A stretch of DNA of 64,000 nt from Felis catus (Eukaryota): contig NC_058368.1 of assembly GCF_018350175.1 (NCBI RefSeq), positions 62,436,001-62,500,000 on the forward strand, read 5' to 3'. The notes below the pieces were generated by a model. It worked only from the letters and a program-made list of their open reading frames with translations. It searched no databases and had not been told where the DNA came from. Both the position numbers and the translations under genes were made by a program. Position 1 is the stretch's first letter. Every line of letters begins with the position of its first letter. This document shows, in pieces, positions 1 through 12,997 of this stretch.

Positions 1-195
1 ATTCGACTTCGGCTCAGGTCATGATCTCACAGTTCGTGGTTCATGTCCCGCATCAGGCTCTGTGCTGACAGCTTGCTCAGAGCCTGCAGCCTGCTTCAGA
101 TTCTGTGTTTCCTTCTCTCTCTGCCCCTTCTCCACTCGTGCTCTGTCTCTTCTCTGTCTCTCAAAAATAAATAAATGTTATTTTTTTAAATAAAA
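1..195 (+). mobile_element. Can-SINE (SINEC), 5' end cut by the window edge
   Basis: Body ggctcaggtcatgatctcacagttcgtg...gcctgcttcagattctgtg, followed by a (CT)n tract and an aaaataaataaa tail. Confidence 0.95.
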
Positions 196-1906
196 GAAGT
201 TCACAGTTTACTTACAAAGCAGAGATATATATTTATAGGACATAGTAGAAAATGATGTATGAAATTATGAAATAAAGAACAAGTTGTTGGAGTTGCAGGA
301 TTTCAAAGAATAATAAAGTAAAACTGTAAGGGGGATAAATAAGCATAATGGGTAACATGGTTTATCTCTTATCTCACTTTTTCTTTATAGATAACTGAAG
401 GTTCTGTACATGTGCTCTTCCCTTCTCCTATTAACACAGCCCTCCTTCTTGCTTAGTGATTATTCCAACTAAGTAACTTATTACATCTTAAACCATCTGT
501 ATCCTTTAGATGTTTGCTCTGTCAGTACAAGGACTGTTAGTGTCAAGGAGCTGGAGTAGGAAGGTCAGTATTGTTTCTGTCGATAATCTTTCTGATTGCA
601 TCTTTAACACACATTTTTATTAACACTTTATGACACTTAATAAATGTCATTATTTTTAAATAAATGCCATTATACAATAAATGGCTTAAATAAAGCCATT
701 ATTTTTCTCTTAAAAATATATGTAAAGTATAACTTAGGCTTTTGGACAGTAGTCTCCCTATTCTATTCTCATTAAGGATCTTTTACAAAATTCTCTGACT
801 AGGCAAGTGTTCAGTTCAAAAGATTTTATATAATATAAATCTTATCAAGCATTCATATTGTAAAATATAATTTGGGGAAAGAAAATTGTACCTATTTCAG
901 AGTCAGTTAACAATCATAAAATGGAGATGAAGGAATAGAATCATATCAATCACATATCTTTCCTTTGAAGACAGTTAAGATATGTCATAATAATCTCAAT
1001 GAGCAGCGAAATTGCACCCATATGTATCTCAAAGAGTTATATGATTCCAAGTTATATATGTTAATTAGCGGGTAAAATATTCTGAGACCAATTAAAGAAA
1101 AATAATTACAGAACCAAATATTTACATAACATTAACCGAACAAAAAATATTTTGGGGCTTAAGAATCTTAACTTTCTCCTTTAATTCAAGGGCTAACACT
1201 TTAGAACATTAACTACATGTTTTAAAGTAAGAAATACTTCTTAATATAAATGTATAATTTATGGACATTTCAGCCTTGCTTGTACTTTCCAATTTCTTCC
1301 ATCTATAAATTTTGTATAATAATTTCCCAACTGAAAACAACCATAGCCTAGTTTTTCATAGTAGTAAATACATCATTCTGGTCATTGTCAAATTGTTCTT
1401 TTATATTTATGCTTATTTGAAGTCATCTTATGATATTTTAATTGAAGTTTGACTATACAGGTATTTTTGCCCTAGATAAGGAACATAAAATATTAATGTA
1501 AAAAGTCTTATTTTTTCTGGAGTCATTTGAGTGGCGTTGTGATTTAAGGTCTGTACTTCTCTACTTGTAGGGAAATAAAGTTATTCCAAATGATTTAGCT
1601 GAATTTAGATGAGGAAAACAATGAAGCCAAAAAACTTATGCGTAATTTATATATTATGAGAAGTTTTATACTGAATTATGTAATTTTTAGAAAACAAATT
1701 TATTCACTCAATTCTCAAAAAATTAAAACTTCAACACACAAGTCCACTGACAAGAAATAGTACACTTAGTTTGGAACAAAACATAACATTTAAAATGTTG
1801 TGTGGGTTTACTGGCTTCAGTTAAGTCAGTGTTAAATATTTTGAGCAAATTAATTATTTGCTGATCTCAGTTACTTTGCATAAAATGCTGTCCATCATAT
1901 ACAGAT

Positions 1907-2617
1907 TATGATGGTTATTTTTTTAAATTTTTTTTTCACTGTTTATTTATTTTTGGGACAGAGAGAGACAGAGCATGAACGGGGGAGGGGCAGAGAGAGA
2001 GGGAGACACAGAATCGGAAACAGGCTCCAAGCCATCAGCCCAGAGCCTGACGCGGGGCTTGAACTCATGGACCGCAAGATCATGACCTGGCTGAAGTCGG
2101 ACGCTTAACCGACTGCGCCACCCAGGCGCCCCAATGATGGTTATTTTTATTTGTCAACTAGACTGGGTCACAGGATGCCTATAGAGCTTGACAAATATTG
2201 TTTCTGGGTGTATTTGTGTTTATGAAAGAGATTAGCATTTAAATTAGTGGAAGGGCCCTTCCCATATGGTGGGCATCACACAATTCACTGTGGGCCTGAA
2301 GAGAACAAAATGATAGAGGAAAATTGAATTAACTGCTAAGTGCTAAGGCAGAGACATTGATCTTCTGCCTTTGGTGTTCCTGTTTCTCAGGCCTTCAGAC
2401 CCAGACTGGAATACATACTACTGCTCTCTGGCTCTTAGGCCTTCAAACATAGGACAGACTTCCCTAGGTCTCCAACTTGCAGATTGCAGATTGTAGGACT
2501 TTCCCACTTTCATAAACATGTGAGACAATACCTTATTGTGTGTGTGTGTGTGCGCGTGTATGTATATATAATTACATACAATTGATTCAGTTTTTCTAGA
2601 GAACCTTGAGTAATACA
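1907..2617 (+). mobile_element. MLT2-family (ERVL) solo LTR, interrupted near its 5' end by a SINE
   Basis: Starts t(g>a)tgatggtta...tgtcaactagactggg and ends tctagagaaccttgagtaataca, as in MLT2; 5-bp TSD cagat at 1902-1906 and 2618-2622. Confidence 0.88.
1923..2132 (-). mobile_element. Young feline Can-SINE (SINEC_Fc type)
   Basis: Reverse-complement SINE ending ...gactgcgccacccaggcgcccc; 15-bp TSD atgatggttattttt at 1908-1922 and 2134-2148. Confidence 0.97.
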
Positions 2618-2651
2618 CAGATGCAGCTTCCATATTTAAGATATCAAAATT

Positions 2652-2843
2652 GGGGACTCAGTCTGTTGAGCAACTGATTCTTGATTTTGGCTCAGGTCAT
2701 GGTCCCAGGGTCGTGTGATATAGCCCTACATTGGACTCAAGCTGGGGGTGGAGACTGCTTAGGATTCTCTCTCTTTCCCTCTGCCCCTCTACCTTGTTTG
2801 TGCACACTCTTTCTTTCTTCCTAAAAATATAAATAAATAAAAA
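2652..2843 (+). mobile_element. Older Can-SINE
   Basis: ttgattttggctcaggtcatggtcccagggtcgtg...ctgcttaggattctctctc, then an A-rich tail. Confidence 0.9.
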
Positions 2844-3242
2844 GTATATTTTAAAAAATATATATATACTTTTTAAATAATAGGCTTATGTGTAATATTT
2901 ACAAAGGTTTTTAATATTTACAAAGGTTTGAATCATCAGTCCAAGTACAAATACTATTAGATTTTTATTTAGCATACCGAATCATACTACATGAACTGAA
3001 TTTTGATAACAGAAATTGAAATTACTTTGTGGATTGGCAATAATAGCCAAGATTCGGCAAAGTCAAAAGCCAAGTTTTGTCTCTGTATCATGAAAATGAA
3101 TGTTTTTACAATCCATTTCATATGCCCATTAAATCACAATTGATATAACATTGGAGAATATTAGCTTAAAGACAATCACCTGAGTATTCCTTGAATAAAA
3201 ATTTTAAAATAAAAAGCTCTTGAATTGTTACCATCTCTAGTA

Positions 3243-3440
3243 TTTTTTTAATGTTTATTGTTTTTGAGAGATACAGCAATGGGTGGGTGAGGGGCAAAAA
3301 GAGAGGGAGACACAGAATCTGAAACAGGCTCCACTTTGAGCTGTCAGCAAAGAGCTTGTGCAGGGCTCAAACTCACAAACTGTGAGATCATGACCTGAGC
3401 GAAGTCAGATGCTTAACCAACTGAGCCACCCTGGGACCCC
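3243..3440 (-). mobile_element. Can-SINE
   Basis: T-rich tail, gagagggagacacagaatctgaaacaggctcc...gagatcatgacctgagc...ccaccctgggacccc. Confidence 0.93.
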
Positions 3441-3472
3441 ACAATCTCTCATATTAAATTTGCCCATTTTCC

Positions 3473-3955
3473 TAAAGGAAAACAGAATATGTCACCCCAA
3501 AATATGTCCTCTTTGACACAAAAAACATTTTAAGCTGAGGCAATTAAGAAGCAGAAAACACAGAAAACGTCCCACTCTTCCACCTAAAGGCAGAACATAA
3601 ACTTTCCTTTTACTGGGTGAAGACACTTAGACCAAAGACAGTACCAGAAGAATCTGCAAACAAATCTTTATTAGTTTCCTCCCATGTATTAATTTTCCCA
3701 CATTTGCAGCACTTGGAAGGCTGGAACTCCTTTCCTTTGTCATTTTGTTGCTAATTTACAAATTTTTGTTGAAGACGCTATATAAGCTGAAAGTCTAACT
3801 GCAACTTTGAGTTACTTATTTGGTTAGGGTTCCCCTCCCCCAGCATGATGTGTGCTATACGCATTACTAAACTGTCTTTGTTATTGTCATTGTTAATCTT
3901 TTGTTACAGAATCTTAACTGAATACCTAAGATGGGTAGAGATAAAGTTTTTGCAA
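3473..3955 (+). mobile_element. MER34-like ERV1 solo LTR
   Basis: Start aaggaaaacagaatatgtcaccccaaaatatgtcctctttg...taagctgaggcaattaagaagc resembles the MER34 5' end; internal TATA (gctatataagc); 3' end gggtagag; right boundary approximate. Confidence 0.75.
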
Positions 3956-4139
3956 ATATAGAATTAAATATGGAACAACGTTCATTTTTACCCACCAAGC
4001 ATCAAATTGATGCAACATCATTTGTTGGGAAAGAAGACAGGGGTGGAGGAAGAGGAGAGGGGGAGGAGGAGGAGGGGGAAATCCTGATCAATTTTAAAGA
4101 AATTCTCTCTTCCTTTTTATTCCTATTTTATTGAAAGGT

Positions 4140-5110
4140 TTTTTTTTCTTCTTCATCAATGTATTTTAGCAAATGCTTTTCTTCATATATTGAGATGATC
4201 GTGACATTCTTTGCCCTTGTTCTGTTAAGTTTATGCATTATCTTAGTTGATTTTTAACTGTACTATTTTACTTGCATTTCCTAAATAAACTCCATTTACT
4301 TACAATGCATACTCTTTTTATACACCATTGGATTCTACTTGTTATTTTGGTTAGGATTTCTGTCTATGCATTTGAGAGGTATTGGCTTACAGTTTTCCTT
4401 CACTATAAAGTCCCTGTTGGGGCGCCTGGGTGGTTCAGTCGGTTGAGCGTCCGACTTCGGCCCAGGTCATGATCTCACACTCCGTGAGTTCGAGCCCTGC
4501 ATCGGGGTCTGTGCTGACAGCTCAGAGCCTGGAGCCCGCTTCAGATTCTGTGTCTCCCCATCTCTCTGCCCCTCCCCTGCTCATGCTGTCTCTGTCTCAA
4601 AAATAAATAAAAACATTTAAAAAAATAAAAAAAATAAAGTCCCTGTCAAATAGTCATAAAAAGATTATGCAATTATTTTTACAAAGAATTGGGAATTGTG
4701 TTTTTGCCTTTTCTTTACTTTATGTGAATCTTTACAGATTGGTGTTTCCTAAATTAATGTTTGCAAGATTTCACTACGGCCACCAATCTAGTTACATCTG
4801 ATACATCTGATATCTTCTCAATATTTCAAATGTATTTTTTGAGTTCTAGATGTGAATTTAATTCTTTTAGAGATTAAAATTCTCTGCTGAAGTTTTCCAT
4901 CTGATCCATTTTGTTCGGCTCTTTCTTTGCATTATTTGTCATGTAAATTCATTAATAAAGTCTTGTTGGATAACTTCAACATCTTGAATAGCTGTGCTTT
5001 TTCTTCTATTGTTTTAGTTTTTCTCAATTATCTGTAACAGTTTTCTGCCTTTTCATGTATTTATTAACTGTTTTCACTTACCCTGAACATTGTATCTAAC
5101 AGAATTTTGG
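4140..5110 (-). mobile_element. Ancient L1M fragments (ORF2 RT region and more 5' pieces), interrupted by a SINE
   Basis: aaatgcttttcttcatatattgagatgatc...cttgcatttcctaaataaactcc is a degenerate antisense copy of the L1 ORF2 IISIDAEKAF region. Confidence 0.7.
4419..4633 (+). mobile_element. Feline Can-SINE
   Basis: ggggcgcctgggtggttcagtcggttgagcgtccgacttcgg...; 13-bp TSD ataaagtccctgt at 4405-4417 and 4634-4646. Confidence 0.97.
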
Positions 5111-6039
5111 GGACTTCAGGGAGGGAAGAACCCCTTTCTATGGAAGCCTACATGAGAGCTGATCACATTAAATCATTAAGAACTGAGCTGGCATTGGATT
5201 GGCCTATAGCTTCAGTGTTAACTATATGTGTCTCTGATTCTCCTGCATTGATACCTATTTCTCAGTCTCTCTTTCTTGTTCTCTCTCTCCTCCCTTCATC
5301 CTTGAAGGACTGAAAAATTTGGGTATGCCTTTCAGAATTTTTGTACTTAGTTCTTATTCTCTGCCTCATTCAATATCTGACAAATAAATTGTCGAGGAAG
5401 GCAAGGCATAAGCTTGTAACCACTGCTGGCCCCTAGCAGGTTCTCATTGCTAGCTTGGCCAAATTCTGGGAAATGTCACCCAGAATGAACTTTTCTGCTT
5501 CAAGCAGAGGTTTCTCATTCCACTGCTGGCCTCCTGCCTCTTCCAAGCATTCAACAGATAGCTTGTGGGCAAAACCAGTTGTGCATTTTAGGCTTTTCAG
5601 TCTTCCCATTTGTAATAGCCACCCCATAAAAATATGAACATTCTGGTTTATCTTTCCTACAGTAAAGGCCTTTTGCCCTCACCATGTTCAACATGAAGAA
5701 ATATCCCCAGGGAAATAAAAGGGCAAAAATTCTCAGCTCACCCTGGAAGGATTCATTCACTTCTGGAATTTTAGTTAATTATTTTTTTATTGTTTCTACC
5801 ACTCACTGTTTCTTGTATTTATTAGTTCTGCAATATAGCATTTTATCTTTCTGATATGTGTGATTTTATCTATAAAACAAGTGAAGACTTTTTACATAAA
5901 TTAATAGGCATGACTGTATTCACCTAAAGCTGTGTTTATGAAAACAAATGGTGGGACAGATTTGCAACTGCTGGTTGCATTTTCCTCCCATCTATTCCCC
6001 AGCATGAAAAATATCCCCCAAAATTTCTTTCCTAAAAAT

Positions 6040-7270
6040 CACCTGGCTTCCAGTGTCTGCTCAAAGATATAAAGATCTTGGAAGTCTTAATTTCTGTCCT
6101 TATTAGAAAAAGCTGGACAAACTGAAAATCCATGTATTTTCTTGGACTCATCGGGAAACAGAAGTTACAAGGAAAGCCTTCCCGCTGAAATCTGGAGAGA
6201 CAGGTGCACTAAGACAGATACAACAACTGAGATCTGGAGCTGCAGCCATAGGCTACAAAGAACAATTAAGTGACAATTTTGATAAACTGCTGGAGATTGT
6301 GCATAAACCTTCACAAGAATGAGAAATTCCTGTGGACTGGTTTTTGGAGGCTCCCTTCAGGAATCTCACCAGGTTCTCACAGTGGAGATCCAAGAAAAGA
6401 CCCCATCATGACTCTGGCACAAGTGAGAGAAGAATAATCATTGTGCGACATGCCCAGAGCCTTCATCTTAAAAAAGGATATTCTTCAGGGAAAAATGACT
6501 TGCCAGAGTATAATTGTGAAACAAATTCTTGTCCAGTTCAACATCCTTCAGCTTTCCTATTTTATCCAAAGGAAAAAAAAATAGAGCCAACATGAGACAA
6601 AGGCTTTGGAAATATATTGAGAATGTTGTAACAAAGATGAAGAAGAAAAGTCTTACATCTCATCAACAGATGCAGAAAAATAATTTGACAAAAATCCAGT
6701 ACTCACTCATAATAAAAACTCTCAGAAAACCAGAAATAGAGGGCAACTTCCTCAACTTGATTAAAAAAAGATCTACAAAACACTTTTATCTAACATCAGA
6801 CTTAACAATGATTTACTGGAAAATTTCTCCCAAAGACCAAGGAAAATACAAGAGTATCTCATCACTCTTACTCAACATCATAGTGGAAGTCCTAACAAGT
6901 GCAAAATATAAGAAAAAAAGAGGTACTTGTACTGAAAATGAAGACATAAAAGCATCTTTACTTATAGATGACATAATTGTTTTTAAAAACCCAAAGAAAC
7001 TACCAAAAAAAAAAAAACCCAAAATAAAATAAAACAACTGGTGGGACTAGTAAGTATCATAATGTTACAGAATACAAATTAATATTCAAAAATTAATTGC
7101 CTTCCTATATACCAGTCATGAACAACTGATATTAGTTAAGGAAAAACATCATTTATGGTACCAGCACAAAAATGAAGTATATATGTGCATGTGTGTGCGT
7201 GTGTGTGTGTGTGTTTCTACTATAAACACACATATATGAAAGAAACAACAGATCTAAATAAAAAGATTTG
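6040..7270 (+). mobile_element. Ancient L1M: 5' UTR segment joined to a degenerate ORF2 RT segment
   Basis: 6040-6630 resembles L1M 5' ends (aaagctggacaaactgaaaatc...aaatctggagagacagg); ORF 6529-7032 contains KIQYSLIIKTLRKPEIEGNFLNLIK and LLLNIIVEVL...LLIDDII, homologous to L1 ORF2p RT motifs. Confidence 0.8.
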
Positions 7271-7568
7271 TTTATATGTCTTTGTTGTTGGTTGTCAGCA
7301 CTTTTACTCTATTATGCCTTGGAATTATTTTATTGGAATTCAACTTGCTTGGATTAGGTAACATCTTTATATGTTTTCTCTATTTCTTCATTCCATGTAC
7401 TTCAATTAAGTGTATATACATATATATTTCACGTTTAAATGATTTGTTAAGTTTTTCATCATTTTTCCCACTGGGATATGGATACTTTCTTAACAGAACC
7501 TATCCATTTTCTTAAGTTGATCCTGTTAAATAATATTCATTTTATTATTATGTGGACTCTGAATTCTC

Positions 7569-7788
7569 TTTTTTTAATTTTTTTTCAACGTTTATTTATT
7601 TTTGGGACAGAGAGAGACAGAGCATGAACGGGGGAGGGGCAGAGAGAGAGGGAGATACAGAATCGGAAACAGGCTCCAGGCTCCGAGCCATCAGCCCAGA
7701 GCCCGACGCGGGGCTCGAACTCACGGACCGCGAGATCGTGACCTGGCTGAAGTCGGACGCTTAACCGACTGCGCCACCCAGGCGCCCC
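7569..7788 (-). mobile_element. Very young feline Can-SINE (SINEC_Fc type)
   Basis: CpG-rich full-length body; perfect 18-bp TSD tgtggactctgaattctc at 7551-7568 and 7789-7806. Confidence 0.98.
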
Positions 7789-7892
7789 TGTGGACTCTGA
7801 ATTCTCACAAAATTGTGCAAATATTTTATATTTCTTGTAATTTTATAATTACATAATTTATATAAAACATAAATTATAATAATTTTCCAGCA

Positions 7893-8435
7893 ATTTAAAA
7901 AGTTGAGATAAAATAGGCATATAACACTGTGTAAGTTTCAAGTGTAGCATGTATCAATTTGATACATTTATATATTGAAGTATAATTACCAACATAGTCT
8001 TACCTCCATTATGTCTTATAATTGTCACTTTTTTGTGGTGAGAACATTTAAGATCTAGACTATCAGCAACTTTGAAGTATATGATACAGTATTGTTGAGT
8101 TTAATCACAATGCTGTGCTTTTGATCTGCAGAACTTATTCACCTTCACTTATTTACTTCTTCTCCTTATTCACCTAGCTAAAACTTTGTTCTCTCTGACC
8201 CACATCTCAATCCCCCTACCTCAACTCCCGACCCAGATAATCACCATTCTATTCTGTTTCTACAAGCCGGCTTTTTAAAATTCCATATCATACAGTATTT
8301 GAGTGATATCATACACTATTTGTCTTTCTGTGTCTGTATTATCTCACTTTTAGCATAATGCCCTTTTTATGCTCATGGATGATCCATCTGTTTTGTTGCA
8401 AATGACAATATTCTTTCTTTGCTGAGTAACATTCC
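7893..8435 (-). mobile_element. L1 3' end (L1MA9-like)
   Basis: ttttgtggtgagaacatttaagatcta...cagcaactttgaagtatatgatacagtattg...gagtgatatcatacactatttgtctttctg is typical antisense L1MA 3' UTR. Confidence 0.85.
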
Positions 8436-8795
8436 AAGTAATTTAAATAGTTAGATTACTTCTCTGTCAATCTATCATGTTTTATTTTACTTTTTTTTTT
8501 TTTTTTTGGTTCATAATAATTTGTTTCTCCTTGGCATGGTTGTTCTTTTTAGTAGCATCTAGAAATTGTGAAGTAGAATAATGTAGAGTTTGGCTAATAT
8601 CTTCTTCCAGCATAGATTGACAATCTCCTTGGCTAGGAAGGTCTAATAGGGATTAATCTTTTTAATCTGACACTGAGTTTACTCAAGGCCTACCTGCAGT
8701 GATTGTAAGGAGTCCTATAATTTTTTTAACTGAGAGCCTCAGGTGAATGATTACTTCCAAATGTGATCTTTGTCTCTTCAGAATTAGAAGACTCT

Positions 8796-9003
8796 CTTTT
8801 TTTTTAACGTTTATTTATTTTTGAGACAGAGAGAGACAGAGCATGAGTCTGGGAGGGGCAGGGAGAGAGGGAGACACAGAATCTGAAACAGGCTCCAGGC
8901 TCTGAGGTGTCAGCACAGAACCCGACGCAGGGCCGGAACTCACGGACTGCGAGATCATGCGCTGAAGTCAGACGCTTAACCAACTGAGCCACCCAGGCGC
9001 CCC
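8796..9003 (-). mobile_element. Feline Can-SINE
   Basis: Reverse SINE body; 17-bp TSD cagaattagaagactct at 8779-8795 and 9004-9020. Confidence 0.97.
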
Positions 9004-10039
9004 CAGAATTAGAAGACTCTTAATACTGATTCACTTTTCAAAGAGTTCTAGCATAACTTCTTAGTATGCTGTCCCAGGCTGACTTAGAATAAGAGAAAAT
9101 GTCCTAAGAAAAATAGTTGGCTGAGTAGGTGATTCACATCTTGTACCTTTTCTTCTTAATTGGATCTCAGTGACTCAAGAATATGAGTTTAGTCCCTCTA
9201 GCCCCAAGGGATTGCCTAATTATTTGTTCACATTTCGACTTCATAGGGTTAGCCTCAGTATGGATTCTTTGACATGTTCCTTTACTCCATATTTAACTAC
9301 CATGAACAAATAAGCAGTTGTAAATTATGGATTCCTCTTTCTGGAATTTTGTTCCCTCAAGTTCTGATCACTTTGCAATTCTCCTCAAAGCTTATAAATA
9401 TAGATATGGATATAAATATATAGATAGATATAGCTCTTTGTATTTCATCAGGCTTTCCTAGTTGTTCTCATTGAAATTAATAATAATCTGCCTCTAACTA
9501 CTACATCCAATCTATAAGCAAATAGTCTTGAATGATAGTTTTAAAAAAGTGATCAGATACAATTTTAAAGTGTTATTTTATGTTTTAATAATCGATTCAC
9601 TATAAAAATGAAGATTAAAATCAATGTATACTATCATCTTGAGTTATTTTCATCTGTTCCAAACGTATATTTGGTAGGCAAGGGGAAATCTCAAAGATTA
9701 AACAAATTAAGAAATAAGTTTCACACAAAGGATTGACAAAGGGAATTAAATGTAGTAGTGGGAAAGACTAGGAAATAAGGTAACCATATCTGACAAAAAA
9801 AATCTGATATTTGGACTTTAAAAATCCTTAGTTAAAAAATTAATAAATGAAGCACATTGGCCACATGACAGATAATTTTGTTCTATTTTTAATATATGGC
9901 ACATATAATACAAGTCCACACTTTCTAAATGATTTTTACCTCAGAGCATATAAATATTTTGATTCATTTTTATCTCTCAGTCATCGGAGAGTAAAGTATC
10001 ACTCATCAACATACTATTTCAGTATCCTAAAAATAGTAT

Positions 10040-10639
10040 TGTGATAGGGAAACTGAAAGTACTCTCAAAAAAGATCCATCCATGCTGTTTCTCTGCTAGG
10101 TGCTCCTTACTCATGTTCTATATTTCATCTTGCATCTGAATAAAACAATGAAACTATGTTTCCATTCCAAGGGGGAAGCAAGAAAGTTAATCATTCTCTG
10201 AGTTTTGTCTTGGGTCCCCATACACCTGATAACATCTAAGAAGAACCAGATCCTAAGCATGCTTTAGGACAATAGCTTCCAAGAAAACTTGACAGTGATA
10301 TCAATATTCCCAACCTTCAGTGATTTCTAGAATAACACCTACTGTTCACTTAACACTTGCCTTTGATTGGACCTTACCCTGGACTCCTGAAAGAACACAT
10401 ACCCTGGAACCCCTTTCCAGTATAAACCCCTCATCCCAAGTGATGAAGAGATTCCCTTCTCCTTTTCTGAATCTCCCAGACACTCCGTCTGCTATACTCT
10501 GTCACTATGCTATTCAATGAACTCTGCACACACTTCCTCCTGGCTTGCATTTGACTAGTATCTGGCGTGAAGCCATGGACCCTCTTGGCTGGTCCAACAG
10601 CAGCCTCTCTGAGTCTTTCGATCAAGCCTGCATGCATCA
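10040..10639 (+). mobile_element. ERV1-class solo LTR (carnivore type, family unassigned)
   Basis: 600 bp bounded by TG (tgtgatagggaaactg) and CA (gcatgcatca); 4-bp TSD gtat at 10036-10039 and 10640-10643; tataaa near 10421 and a degenerate polyA signal aatgaa near 10517. Confidence 0.75.
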
Positions 10640-12951
10640 GTATGATTGAGTGAAATAGAATTTGTTATAGTTTGCGTAGAATTATGACTAATTAAAACTG
10701 AATGAGAAATAACAACAAAAAATGGAGCTCAGTTTGAGAAATGGGTATACTTTGTTCCTGTCTTTGGTATATATGGGTCCATAGAGGAGGAAATTAACTT
10801 GATGGGAAACAAAATGCGATATCTAGTGGCAAAGCTAAGCATATACTGTTTAAACCAATGCCACAACAAAAGACCAGGATGAGGTATTTGAAACATGCAA
10901 AATTTAAATAGGCAAGACACAAAGGATTTACAAGTTACAATTTGTATAGTTATATAAATGACTGATACTTAAAAACAACAGATGCTTATAATTCGATCTT
11001 GTTTTACAACCAGTAGAATTGGGAATAATAAGACATAACTCATTGTCTTTATGGAATTTAAAAGAAAGAACAAATTTGTAAGTACTTCATGGAGATACTG
11101 AAATATATTCACTACAAATACTTTTCCAAGCATCTTACATAAAATTTTGAAAACTTTCTAAAAGCAGAATAATATATGTTAAATGATCAGAACACGAGCA
11201 TTATAAAATATTCAAAATGCTGATCAAGGTGAATAATAGTTTATTTTAACAATGCACAGCATGGTTTGCTAACAGAAAAGGAGATAAAGATTAATTTCAT
11301 AAAATATTTAGGTTGTATATGAAATTATTTAAAACACAAACTCCAACACCTCAAGCCACAGGATGATCAATCCTACATGTATTTCTACAGCTAATAAATT
11401 GCCCTTGTTTATAAATGACATAAATAAACCTGACATAAGGCAAAATTGGGAAAATTGATGAAACTGGGTCAATTTTACATTACAATCCCTTGGAAAATGA
11501 GGTAATGTTGGAAAAAATAAAAACCTACATATCATTTCCTATAGAGCTGTGTTAACTGACTATACTACTAAAAAGAAATACATAAAAACACAAATGTCGT
11601 TGCATACTTTTTTTTTCCTATTTGCTATAAGTGAAGTTTTGGAAGAGAAGCAATGTGTAATGGAATGACATGACAGTATAGGAGCATTTGGTGAGTGCCA
11701 GCAGGGCACCCTTCCTTTCCTTAAAATTTTGAAGGCATTTAGAGCAAGTTTTCTTTTGTTAAGGTCCAAGCATTCCTCAGACCCTTGAAATAAGTCTATG
11801 ACAGCAGAAATCTTTGGCTTTTTTATATACTGGCCTACCACCACACATATCTCTAAGGGTATCTTATCTGTATACTCTAATACCATTTTTTTGCATTCTT
11901 TATTATTCATTATTTTTCTCTGGCTGCAAGTAACGATAACCACCTCTGACAAATCAAGAAATTAATATTTATCAAAAAAATTATAGTTTAACAAATAAAT
12001 AATGGACTAGCTCAAAGATAGATGTAAGAAACGAAATCAGTGTAACTGATGATCAGCAAATACTTGTGTCCCAAAGTGAAGAAAATGGCCAAATAAATAC
12101 TTCTAGTTTCATTTACTTTTACGTAATAAAAATTATTTTACAAATATTTAAAAATACATGCATATTTTACGAATGGATTAAAATGTATGTAATCTACAAA
12201 TAAATGTACAGATATATGGGGTATGTTCTCACAATTTCTTTGCTGATGGGAGGGCACAAGTTTACCATTAGAAAGAAGGGCATTAAGGCACTGGCATCAG
12301 GTGAATGAACACTGCGATATTACACTGTTAAGTGTCTGTGGTTGGGATTCACACTGCTAGGAAAGCACCCTTGATTACATGTCAATTACAAAGATGGGGA
12401 ATTGGCATGAGATGGGATTTTCTGACACCAGAAAGAAAAGAAATTCACTAAGCAAAGGAATGAATAGCTACTAAAAGGAGACAATTTACAGTGATACAAT
12501 GAGTTGTCATGCACCAATTAATATTCTACTGGTAGAGCTAAATTAGGAGAAATGCTAGTAGAAACAGAAGACATACTTATAATTGAAGGCTAACATAACT
12601 CAATAAGGGAAAAATAAGCAAAAATATGTTTACTAAACAGAGAACCTTCACTTTTTGACATTGCCTGTGGCATTACAAAAAATAAATAAATGAAAAGAAC
12701 CACAGAAATATCTAACTCAATGTTACCAATATTTATTGGGTAGGTTTTATATAACAGGCACTCTGTTAGGTAAGGGTAATATAATGTCAAATAAGACATC
12801 TGTTAATAATTGGTAGGAGGCTGGCGTTATTTGTGTATATGAGTGTGTGGGTATATAAAAATACCCTCCTCCTATTTGTGTGTATGAGTGTATGAGTATG
12901 TATACACACCCAGTAAATATATATATACACTCAGTATATAGTCTCTTTCCA

Positions 12952-12959
<8 letters not shown>

Positions 12960-12990
<31 letters not shown>
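12960..12990. repeat. (TA)n microsatellite within a TA/TG-rich tract
   Basis: Perfect AT dinucleotide run. Confidence 0.95.

Positions 12991-12997
<7 letters not shown>

Noticed and set aside
1908..2108. Recurrent ORFs such as ETEHERGRGRERGRHRIGNRLQA (also 7602, 42211, 44753) that look like a gene family
   Set aside because: They are translations of Can-SINE bodies and their (CT)/(GA) tracts, not genes
4419..4500. tRNA-like heads with A/B boxes
   Set aside because: Each continues into a SINE body, tail and TSD; these are tRNA-derived SINEs, not tRNA genes
11560..11952. 130-aa minus-strand ORF in apparently unique sequence
   Set aside because: Non-ATG start, no recognisable homology or convincing splice structure; compatible with chance
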